Assembly (NCBI RefSeq): GCF_009914755.1
Contig: NC_060940.1
Strand: one strand, 5' to 3'
DNA length: 64,000 nucleotides
From: the human T2T-CHM13v2.0 reference genome, Homo sapiens
Every line of letters begins with the position of its first letter. Within the stretch, counting starts at the first letter, position 1. The translations under genes and the position numbers were made by a program. The notes under the pieces were generated by a model. The model did no database searches, had not been told where the DNA came from, and saw nothing but the letters and a program-made list of their open reading frames with translations. Of this stretch, positions 29,628-41,700 are shown one piece after another.

Positions 29628-29765
29628 CCTAGTTCACCCCCGCCACCCCAGCAATTTGTCGTCCAGCACTCTCTATTTGGGAGTCCAGTCGCCAAGACAA
29701 AAGATCCCCCCCGCTATGAGGAGGCCATCAAGCAGACACGCAGCACACAGGCCCCTCTGCCAGAG
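29628..29765 (+). CDS. MRTFB: MRTFB exon containing the PPxY motif (KDPPRYEEAIKQ)
   Basis: gacacag| acceptor, GAG|gtaagt donor; 138 nt; PPxYEEA is conserved in the myocardin family. Confidence 0.95.
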
Positions 29766-31489
29766 GTAAGTGAGGGCACGGTCATGGTGCATAAGGCTAT
29801 GGTGGATGTGCCCACGTTCAGTCTCGAGCAGACCTATACAGAATCCCTTGTCTGAAACTGACTTGCCTCAATAGAAATACAAAAATAACCTTGTATTTTA
29901 CATGGTTATTTAAAATCAAAATGTCATTTATCATGAAGACCTTAAACAGCTTTCAGCAGCAGTATAACTGCATTTACTGTTTATTCAGAAATTAAGGGTT
30001 TATCTCTTAACTTTTCTTTTGGGGTAGGGGCATCAGTCATGTTAGAGATAGATGTGATTATGACCAGGACACATTTTATACAGGTCCCTTCTTTTCTAAA
30101 GCCACCATGTGTCAGGCCAGCATCAAAATGACACATGGTATCACTGTTACACCTGGCTGACATTCAAGGCCACCAGCACCTAAATTGACTTGGTCTCTCT
30201 CTGGTCTCCAGCAACCTCTGCCCCCAGCAGGCCAGCCCATCCAAATGACTTTGCTCATACACTGAGCAAATGCACTTGGAGGTAACAGATCTGAGGTTCT
30301 CCTGGTTTCACCACACATGGTGACCATGTGGCCTCTGAGCCTTCCTTGTTTGACTGATAAAACAGAAGTAGCCCCAACCATACCAAGCAATGGAAGAAGT
30401 TAGGGTTCCTATTTGTAAAAGCATATGGCCCATGGTGGGTGCCCAGTCATGAGAGTACTTGTCATACATTACCCTAAACACTCCTCCAATCTTTCTCTCT
30501 AAAGCTTTCTGTCAAAGCTTAAAACTAACCTTTGAGGGAAGAACCCCAGCCTCATAGAGGATTCAAGGAGTGGCCCTGACACCGCTCCATGGGTGCTAAA
30601 GGTGGACACCAAGAGACAATATCCAAGCGGTACTGTTTATTATCCACGGCAAACAGCAGGAACATCAGTGCAGTTGTACCAGTTCTCCCGCTCCCGTGTT
30701 CCATGGGGTAACTTGTTGGGGCCACATGGTGGCTGTGTATGCAGTGGGTCAAGCTGCACCTAAGGAACGTGGGGCCAAGGGCTCTGTGCTTTTTCTAGCA
30801 AGCAGCAAACAAGCCAGTCCCTCACCCAGGGAGTATGCAGTCATGCCTACGCTTCCTTGACCCACTTGGTTGCCTCAGTGAGCATCTACAGAAGCTGCTC
30901 AGTCCAGGCGACCTTGTCAGTTTGGCACCCTCACCAAGGACATCCAGGGATGCTCAGGGCCCGTAGGGGGCTGCCTCTTGGAGGAAGTGGAACCTACCAC
31001 ATGCTGCTTTGTATTCCCTGAGTACCGAGGGAACGTAACTTTGAGTTGTAAGATGTCCCTTAGTTACAGACTCAGCAAAGGCCCTTGTCTGTGAGGGAAA
31101 AGTCAGATTTCAAAGACGGGTTCAAATATTTGCAATAAGAAGTCAAACAGGTGGTGCTGGACTACACTCCTCCCTCATGGTCCATTCGGAGTGACATCTA
31201 TTCTCTTCACAGGGGAGCAGAGACGAAGTGAATTGCCAAGAGCTTAACTGCAGTTTTTAAGAAAACAAAAAGATAGTACCCATCCTTTCTAAGTCCTGCT
31301 TACTTGATGAATCTTCCACTGTAACCTAAGACAGCTGATTGGAATCTCTGGTATTTACATGTCTCTAGGTTCCTGTTTATAGACTGAGGTTCTACACTGG
31401 TTTTTGGTTATTCAAATGAGTAGCCACCTGTAGGTCCTGCTTATATGCCATTGAGCACCAAACTTCGTTTAAATACATTTACTCAGACT

Positions 31490-34400
31490 TGCAATTCCAC
31501 GAGTGGCTAAGTAAGGCCCTACCGGTTCAATCTTCCCACAGATAATAGCTATTAATGTGGGTCATAACAAAAAGCAACTACCTGAACGCATTGAAGAGTA
31601 AATAGAAGCAGTCATTCTCTGGTGGGGAATCCACACTCAGGAAGGGAGTGATGTGGCATGATTTCCCTCTTTGTGCTGCTTTTACTCTGGGGTCCAGCTA
31701 AGTGGCAGGGTTACTGGAGAAAAGCCATAGTCTTTATGGCCTGGAAATCCAGATAACTGAATTGAGAGCAACCAGAGGGAAAAAGCCAGAGAGGAGATCC
31801 CCAAATTCTGTGTGCCCACATCTCTGGCTGACCCCTAAGCCATACAGGCGTGGAATGGACGCTTAGCAGCTCAGCTGAAGACAAAAGATCTAAAGTGAGA
31901 TTGGAACATCTACCCAAGAAACATTTTGAAGTTTTAAGTCTAACCAAGTTAATAGCTTGCTAAAACAATAGAAACCATTCATCTGAGAATAACAGCAGAA
32001 TTCACAGTTGCCACAATTTAACATCCATAACATTTATCCATAACATGCATCATACAAAGAATTGGGAAAATGTAACCTATCTCAAAGGAAAAAGGCTGAG
32101 ACCAATCCTGAGCTCATCTCGATGTTAGAACTTGCGGGCAAGGTTTTCAAAGCAACTACTATTACAGCTGTCCTCAGTGATGGAAAAGGAAATATGCTTG
32201 TAATAAAAGGGATCCATGTGGATACAGAAATGATTTTTAACAACTAAATGGAAATTTGAGAACTAAAAAAGTACAGTATCTGAAATGAAAAAAATATATA
32301 GATGAACTTACCAGAATGGAGATGGCAGGGGAAAAAATGTCATGAACCTGAAGATAGATCATAACTTATCCAATCTGAATAACAGAGATTGTGAAGTGAA
32401 CACAGCCCAGAATCCTGTTATATAATTCAAACAAAACAGTCTAGCATAGGTAGAAGAGAAGTCCCAGAAGAAGAGAGAAAGAACTGAAGAGGCAAATATT
32501 TGAAGAAACAATGGCTGACATGTTCACAAATAGGATGAAAGACAAATTTATAGCTTTGAGATGCTCGATAAACAAGCTGGATAAATCACATCACAGTCAA
32601 ATTGTTGACAAGACAGAGAAAATCTTAAATGCATCAAGAGAAAAAACACATTTCACACAGAGCAAACAACTAATTGATTAATGTCAACCTTTCATCAAAA
32701 ACTATGAAAACTGGAAGAGTGCAACAGCACGTTTAGAAGTTTTTAGGGAGGAAGAAGTGGAAGGGATTGTCAACCCAGAATTCTATTATCATGTTAAAAT
32801 ATCCCTTAAGAATGAAAGTGAACTAAAGATATTTTCAGATAAAGAAAAATTGAGTTAGTTCATCACCAAAGATAACACTGTCTTGAGGAGTGTATAGCAT
32901 GTGTAGACAATACTTAAAATAATTAATAAAGGATGGGGGAGGAAATGAGTGGATCTGTGTGGTTGTAGGATCTCTATGTTTTATTCAGTGTACAACATTA
33001 AGTAGCCTATGAGAAGTTAAGGATATGTATTGCATATCTATAGTAACAATTTAAAAGATTCAAGATAGCTTTTAAAAAAAAAAATCAATAGAAAGGCCTG
33101 GCATGGCATCTCACGCCTGTAATCTCAACACCTTGGGAGGCGAAGTGGGAGGATTGCTTGAACCTAGGAATTTAAGACCAGCCTGGGCAACATGATAAAA
33201 CCCCATCATTACAAAAAAGACAAAAATTAGCCAGGTGTGGTGGTGCATACCTGTAGTCCCAGCTACTTGGGAAGCTAAAGTAGGAGTATCACTTGATCTC
33301 AGGGGGTTGAGGCTGCAGTGATCTGAGGCTGTGCCACTGCACTCCATCCTGGGTGACAAAGCGAGACTGTCTCAAAAAAAAAAAAAAGAAAGAAAGAAAA
33401 ATTAGATACAAAAATGTCAAATTTTTTTTTAAGGACAGGAAAGAAAAACAGGATAACAAAAAAAAAAAAAACCCCAGATGGGATGAATAGAAGACAAATA
33501 TAAAATATAAAATAGTAAACCCAAACTTAACCATGTCAGTAATTATAACACATATGACTAAACAATTCAATTAAAATGCAAAAAATTGTCAGAGTGGATA
33601 TAAAAGCCAGACTCAACTGTATGCAGTTTTAAGATATGTCTGCAAATTCTTTGACATTCCTCTCTGGGTTGGATTTAGCGACTCACTTCTAACAAACAGA
33701 ATTGGCAGAGGTGATGGTGTGTGACTCCAGAGACTAAGTCATAAAAGGCATGCCCCTTCTTCCTTGCTCTCCCATGGAGTGCTCACTCTGGAAAAGCCAG
33801 CTGTCATGCCATGTGGACATGCCAGCAGCCATCTGGAGAGGCTCACATGGAGGGGCACTGAGGCCTCCCATCAATGGCCAGCACTAACTTGCCAGTCAAG
33901 GGCATTCCCCAGCCACACCTAGAGTTGGCGGTAACCTGACCAACATCCTGGCTGCAACCTCATGAAAGACCCGAAGCCAGAACCACCCATCAAAACCATT
34001 CCTGACCCACAAAACTGTGACATAATAATTTTAAGCCATTATGTTTTGGAATAATTTATAATATATCAATAGGTAACTAATGCATGTATCTACAAGAGGC
34101 ATACTTTAAATACAAAGACCACTGAAAGTAAATGGCTGGAAAAAGATAGACCATGCAAACAGACAGCAGAAGAAATCTGCAGTAGCCAGAAGATTTGAAC
34201 AGATATTTTCCCAAAGAAGATAAATGGATGGCAGATAAGCACTTGAAGAGATGCTCAACATCATTAGTCATTAGGGAAATGCAAATTAAAACCCCTGTGC
34301 AATACCGCTACACACCTAATGAAATATCTAAAATTGAAAAGACTGACCCTACAAAGTATTGGTGAGAATGGAGAACAACTAGAAATCTTATACCATATAC

Positions 34401-35000
34401 TGAGGGTGGGAGTGTAAAATGGAACAGTCACTTTGGAAAACAGTTTGGCCATTTCTTCAAAAGTTAAACCTACACCTGTCCTGTGATCCGGTCATTCCAC
34501 TCCTAATTACCCAAGAGAAGAGAAAACACATGTCTATACAAGGACCTGTACACAAATGTTCACAACAACTTTTTTGTAATAGCCAAAAATTGGAAACCCA
34601 AATGTCCATCCACAAGTCAATGAATAAACAAACTGCTGTGTTTCCATACAATGCAATGCTACTCAGCAATAAAAAAATTAACTGTTCCTGAGGTACACAC
34701 TGTAAGACAGATAAATCTCAGAATAATTATGCTGGGTGAAAGAAGCTAGTCCTTCCCCTACCACCAAGAAACTACACACAGTATGAATCCATTCATATAA
34801 AACTAATCTATAGTGAAAGCAAACAGATCCGGGGGTTGCCTACGGATGAGGGGATGAGGGGATGAGGAAACTTTAAGGGCGATGGATATGTTCATTATCT
34901 TGATTTTGTTTATGGTTTCATGGGTATATTTATATGTCAAAACATATCAAATTGTATACTTTACATAAGTGCACCTTATTATATGTCAGGTAAATCTCAA
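31490..35000 (+). mobile_element. Old L1 (L1M) fragments containing an AluJ (~33095-33395) and an MLT1-type LTR (~33618-34080)
   Basis: L1 5'/ORF1-like and 3' signatures; MLT1 motif (GTGTGACTCCAGAGACTAAGTCATAAAAGG). Confidence 0.7.
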
Positions 35001-35363
35001 TAGAACTGAACAAATATGTATAGTGTGATCACCTTTGTACAAATTTTTACCTAAATACAAATGAATAAAGACACTTTTAAAATAAGGTATTAGAGGCCTC
35101 TCAAAATGCAATTCAGTGATAGAAAAAAAGGGAAGCATAGAAATCGGTGGAGCTGGGTACTAACTAGCCCTGTTCTTGCTGTGTCAACTAACCAGCTGTA
35201 CAGCTTGGGTAAATGGCTTAACTTCTCAGGTGACCTCAGTGTTTTCAAAATTATCACGATAGATTAGAACTAAATCATCTAGAAAGTCCCTTAGGACTGC
35301 TAATTATATAATGCTTCCAGGTTTGTATGAAAGAAACCTAATTTGTACTCTCCTTCATTGTAG

Positions 35364-35424
35364 ATTTCCAACGCTCACAGTCAGCAGATGGATGACCTCT
35401 TTGATATCCTCATTAAGAGTGGAG
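35364..35424 (+). CDS. MRTFB: MRTFB penultimate exon (ISNAHSQQMDDLFDILIKSG)
   Basis: ctctccttcattgtag| acceptor, G|gtaagt donor; 61 nt; QMDDLFDILI motif is conserved in MRTFs. Confidence 0.96.
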
Positions 35425-35593
35425 GTAAGTCAAAAGTCACATCAGATCCTCCCAGGAAGTCATCTCTTAACCCAAGTTCATGAAAGTTTTTCTTAAGCAC
35501 TCATAGCTTATCTTTAGATACTGAGAAACGTGTTCTTCTAACTGAATTTACTGTTTTAAAATCTGTTAAATTTAGGCCATTAAAAGAACTTAT

Positions 35594-35810
35594 GGCCAGG
35601 TGCGGTGGCTCACGTCTATGATCCCAGCACTTTGGGAGTCTGAGCCCAGGAGTTCGAGACCAGCTTGGGAAACATAATGAGACCTCATCTCTACAAAAAA
35701 TTTTAAAAATTAACAGAGTGTAATGGCACACCCCTGGGGTCCCAGCTACTAGGAAGTTGAGGTAGGAAGATTGCTTGAGCCCAGGAGGTCAAGGCTGCAG
35801 TGAACTGTGA
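35594..35810 (+). mobile_element. Partial AluJ
   Basis: Alu blocks with an internal deletion and no 3' end. Confidence 0.8.
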
Positions 35811-36387
35811 TAGCTTAAAACAGTAATACAATGTGAGATTTATCCACAGATAGATGCCTGCTAAAAAACAAAGACCAGATAGCAAAGTAGAACCAGATTT
35901 AAATTCCATGTTGAATAGCTTCAGAACTTGTTCCATGCGTATGTCATTGTAATGGGATGAAAACATGCCAATACTATCTTAATTATGTTACATCAAGCCA
36001 CTTAGCATGGGCTCCAGTATCTTTATTAAAATTCAAAGTCAATGCTAAAGCATTTTCTACAATATAATATGAAGTCTTAGATTTATATCATCTTTATTAA
36101 AAAGAGACATTAGCCACAAAAAGAATCAAGGATATTGTTGCCTCAGCTTACATATCTTTGAAGTATAAAAATCAATATTTAAAAAAAAATTCCTGGATAG
36201 TATTTGCATATTTGGAGTAGTCTTAAAATTACCCTGATGAAAGGAGTTTTATTTGAATTTTCAAATAGTGGTCAGAAGTTCTCCATTTATAGCAGGTATT
36301 ATTTGACACTGAAGTTGACGTTGACATAGAGAATTGATATTTGACTACAGATCTACACACACAAATAGTATTTTTTGCTAAGAATTA

Positions 36388-36585
<198 letters not shown>

Positions 36586-36741
36586 TAAACTTGGAAATTA
36601 AAATGTGACACAATCAAGCTATTTTCTAAAATGAGATTTTTTTTAATGACAAAGTATCCAGTAAGTATATTATTTCATCTTGTCTACTAATATCAGTAAT
36701 AACGAGAACCAAGTTTTATATAGTTACAAGACTAGTTACTT

Positions 36742-37044
36742 GTGACACCGTGCCTTGCCCTGCCTGTAATCCCAGCACTTTGGGAGGCCACGGCAAGCGG
36801 ATCACCTGAGGTCAGGAGTTCAAGACCAGCCTGGCCAACATGGTGAAACTAAAAATACAACAATTAGCTGGGCATGGTGGAGGGCACCTGTAATCCAGCC
36901 ACCCAGGAGGCTGAGAGGCAGGAGCATCACCAGAACCCAGGAAGTGGAGGCTGCAATGAGCTGAGATCATGCCACCGCACTCCAGCCAGGCTTGGCAACA
37001 GTGCAAGACTCCGTCTCAAAAAAATAAAAATAATAAAAATAAAA
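36742..37044 (+). mobile_element. AluS with TSD and an inverted 5' end
   Basis: TSD AAGACTAGTTACTT at 36728-36741 and 37045-37058. Confidence 0.88.
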
Positions 37045-38171
37045 AAGACTAGTTACTTAGATGACACTTAAAGCTTTCAAAACAGTTTTAGAGATGACTA
37101 CTGATAATTAAAAGTAACAAACCATTCAAAAATAAATGCAGTACACACAGTTGACAATTCATTTATAGGAATCAAATTTTAAGTTCCTTCTCTCAGCCAT
37201 TTGCACATAGCAATCATTGAGCTTTAAGAGGTATTGTTAATTTATTTTTCCTAGTGTATCTGCATATAAATGAAACCAATCATAGCCTCATAAAACTTAA
37301 GATACTTCATTCATTTATGTAGTTTAGTGAACGCCAGTATTTATAGAAGATGGTCTGTTAATTTGCTGCCTGATCTGGCAAGGAATAACACATAATGAAG
37401 ACATTTACCAAATCATCAAAATTTTATATAAGCTCAGAAAACAAGACCAAAAAGTGAAAGAGATAACCAAGTGATCCACCTCACCTTAAAAGAAAAGGAT
37501 CAAAGGAACCATATGTTAGCTTTAATTCAGAAATGAAATCAAATGTCATTGTATATTTTCAGAACTTTACACAGAATGCACATGGCTAAATTGGGTACCC
37601 AGTCCAACTGTAATGATAAAAAAAAAAAAAAGGAAAAAAGAATGTAATTACCTCTTTCATAACATTGAGGATGTACTTCATGTCTCAGCACAAACTCAGG
37701 ATGTACATTTCAACATTTATATTAGGAGTATCATGTTGCTATAGATAGATTCATAGGATGATATGAGCCCTATCTTAAAACTTTAATGACAAAATAACGA
37801 CTCAAAGATAAAATAATCTAAAACCATTGATACCTATCTAGTGAGATATAACTGCTTTTAATGCTTAGTCTTACTGAGAAGAATTTAAAGCATATCAGAA
37901 TGTAATAAACTGGTCTTGGACAGTCTGCTGACTAAATTTACAACAAAAAGGAATGTAATAAACTTTTATGTTTATCTATTTGACTAAAATGATCCATCAT
38001 CCTAAAGGTTGTCAAGGATTGTACCTGACCAATAGCATTCTCTTCCTACTTCTAAGACGGACGTGCATAGAAGGAATCGCATAATAGCAATGTAACTGTC
38101 CTAGTAATTAATAAAAATTTTTAAGTAGTAGTAAATCTTCAGTTACTAATTACTTCATTTATTTTACACAG

Positions 38172-38707
38172 AGATCTCCCTCCCCATAAAAGAAGAACCT
38201 TCTCCTATTTCCAAAATGAGACCAGTGACAGCCAGCATCACCACAATGCCAGTGAATACAGTGGTGTCCCGGCCACCACCCCAAGTCCAAATGGCACCAC
38301 CTGTATCTTTAGAACCTATGGGCAGTTTATCTGCCAGCTTAGAGAACCAACTAGAAGCTTTCTTGGATGGAACTTTACCCTCAGCCAATGAAATTCCTCC
38401 ACTACAAAGCAGCAGTGAAGACAGAGAGCCCTTCTCTCTGATCGAGGACCTCCAGAATGATCTGCTGAGTCACTCAGGTATGCTGGACCATTCACACTCA
38501 CCCATGGAGACTTCCGAGACCCAGTTTGCTGCAGGTACTCCCTGTCTGTCTCTCGACCTGTCAGACTCAAACTTGGACAACATGGAGTGGTTGGACATTA
38601 CCATGCCCAACTCCTCTTCAGGACTCACTCCTCTCAGCACCACCGCGCCGAGCATGTTCTCTGCTGACTTTCTAGACCCACAGGACCTACCGCTGCCATG
38701 GGACTAA
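38172..38707 (+). CDS. MRTFB: Coding part of the MRTFB terminal exon: acidic transactivation domain ending ...DNMEWLDITMP...DFLDPQDLPLPWD*
   Basis: ttttacacag| acceptor; phase 1 start in frame with ORF 38216-38707; TAA at 38705-38707. Confidence 0.97.
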
Positions 38708-41700
38708 CGTCACAGATTTCTTTTCTGAGAGTTGATGAGGTTTAAGAACATGAAGATTCTAAAAGGTCAGTTTTTAGAGATAGATCTATAGTTGCATTGT
38801 TGCAATCAAAATATGTTGTCACAGAAAGAATAGGTGGAAGGTCATAGCCTGGAACCCAAGTTTGAAAACATTTCATTGTGTTCAGTAGTGAATTTCTACA
38901 GTTTAACATAGCACAGGGCCTTCTGAAAATCGCACTTGTCAAAGACGACTCATCTATTTCTCCAGACTTCAGTAAAGAATGAAAAGTACCTTTAGATAAA
39001 AACAAAGAAGAGTAATATATGCAGCACAGTGACGTTAGGATTCTGGTAATTAACTACATTTAAATCTCTGGTCACTTTAAGACCCTAAATAAAAGGCAGA
39101 CAGCTCCACTCAAAAACTAAGGCTGATGTGAGGGAGGTGAGAGGTCACTGCACTTGGTACTTCCTAGAGACGGCCGGAGCCAGGCCCAAGACACAGCAGA
39201 GGTCAAAGGCAGTGGAGAGCCTTGGCCAGTTCAGTGACAGCTTCTGGCTGAAGACTTTTGGTTCTATTCAGAAACCTGTGTCGTTTTTTTGGTGTTGTAG
39301 TTTATTTTGTGATTTTTTGGAATCGTACTTTATATTTCCAAATTTAAATTTAAATGCAAGATCTTTCAACATAAACAGAAGATACCTACAAAATACTGTC
39401 AGAAGTCCAGGTATACTGATAACACTGAAAATTCTATTAGCAACCTTCTGGGTTGGTTAGATTGATTTTAATGTATATATTAGACATTTGTATGTATGCT
39501 CTGACATTGTGATTTGTACAGCCTACGCTGGGGTAAGGAAATGGGTATCCAAGGTCCTACTTTTTTAATAGCTCGAATATTTCTAGAGTACTTGAGCCAC
39601 ATGTATTTCTGTATTTAAAGAATTGCTGACTAACTTTCAGGTAACCAGACCCATCTCAAAGAACCAAGAAAAGGCTTTAGCATGAAATATCTTTCTGAGC
39701 TGGCGAGTTAGAAGAATGGAAGGTAAGGGGAAGGTCTGTCATCTACCCAGGACATTCCCATGATGAGTACAGGTCAGATTGTGCCACAAGGTGGGCCTCC
39801 ACGTCCCTGCCCTGGCCCTCTTTCTTCTGTCACTAACCCTGGTTATCATTTTACAGGCTTGTAACTGGATATTCTACCAGAGCTCTCACTATATTGTCAA
39901 GCCTAAGATTGAAAAACTGGAGGCTTTATTAGTGTTTTTATATAGAAAACAGTTATTACATATGTGTTAAGTCATTTCTTAAGAATTTTCTAAAATGCCA
40001 ACTATCACAGGATTATTTCAAGCTAGTCATTGAGGTATATGACAAAATGTAAATAACAAAAAACTGAAATCTACCAAAAGAGCATGGAGATTTTTCTTAA
40101 ATAATAATATTGTGCTCTCCACCTCACCCTTGTGTAAACCCTCAGGTCAGGTTGGTTCCCCTGGGTCACAAAATGGTAAATGTTCCATACTGACATGCCG
40201 GAGGCAGCCTGACCCGTTATTTGGAAAGAATTTGTGAATTATTTCTGGGTTTGTGTTTTGCCTAAGAGCTGATCTTATTTCTGATTTGTGTGTGTGTGGT
40301 TTATAAATTTTACTACGTGTAACAAAAGTCTGCTTTTCCAGCATGAGCACACTGGAGCCCTCTGCTCACTGGCACTTCCTGACTCAAAGGCACTAACAGT
40401 GCTCATGTGCCTTCCAGACGGTTCAAGGCAGAGGCCACTGTGCTCAGTGTAGTCTGTGATGAATAGTTTAAGTGTTCAGAAATTGGTAAACCAACACACG
40501 GGATACAATAACTCTCTGTTAACCAGAACACCGTCATTTGACCAAGCCCTACAAGAGTTTACCACACTAGATGTTCTGTGAATCCTCGAGTCAGTTCCAT
40601 TGAGAGGGGCCTGTCTCCAGGGCCAGGCTATTTACTTGGGAAAGTATTTTTCTTACAGTTCTTGGCCACAGTTTTTTTGCTGAGGGTTTCTGTCTGGGCC
40701 TATCAGGTCCATACTTAGACCCTGAGCATCTTCTTCATTCAGATTTGAATGGCTTATTAAATTAGCACCAAATATCAGTGGGACTGTAGAAGGTAACCGA
40801 ACACTAGTACCATTGACTCTCGTTGAATAACTTTATATTTCCATAATCCTGAATTGTGTAGATAGTTTTCTAGCTCTCGGGTCCCTTTATTGCTTTTTAA
40901 AATAGGGTTTGAAACATGCCACAGGAAGGTTGCTCTCCAAAAATACACAGTGCAGTGCAAGAAAATGCTATCTCATTGGCCTACTCTCCTATGAATTGCT
41001 AAAGTGCCCACTTCACATATGTGTTTAAACCTTTATAAACCAGTATTTCACTTTTAAAAAGACAAGGCATCTCTACCCATTAACTCTGCAAGCCACTCCA
41101 CTTGCACCATTCCGCTTGACCCTCCTCTCTCCTGGCTTGGGTCACCAGCCAGGCACCTGTGACACGAGTGCTGCTCTCCAGGATCTCCACTACATGTTCC
41201 AGGTTGGAGTGAGGACGCGCTATGTGCTCACACTCATGTGACATGACCAAAGATGATACTCTGTAAACAAGGCCCTTCTGACCGGACTCAGTGCGTGTGA
41301 TGGTGAGTGCAATGAGGAAGGGTGGATATTGACTAAAGACTGGTTGTTGTTGTTGTTTAGGTTAGTGTCACAGCCATTACAGCACAAGTCAAAGTCGCCA
41401 GTTGAATTTTCATTATGCACGTGTGTGGTTTAAGCAGTGGTACTGTTGTATATCATATTGTAAAGTATCATACTGCCAAGAAAATAACTCCTAGAAAGGC
41501 ATTATCTCACATCCCCATCTTACTTTCCTACATGTTCTCAAAACACAGTAGTACCAGCCTTACCTTTCTGCTGTATGTAGATAGTCAGATCATCCTACTG
41601 GGGGTGGGATGAATTTAAAAGTTATACCAAAATTTCTGTAAAGTCTTTGAAAGTCTAGGAGTAGGTGGTCATCTTGTACATTTCAGCAAAGCATCCACTA

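Noticed and set aside
38705-38728. Stop-codon read-through of MRTFB
   Set aside because: Stop is TAA-CGT, not the TGA-CTAG leaky context, and another stop follows after 6 codons
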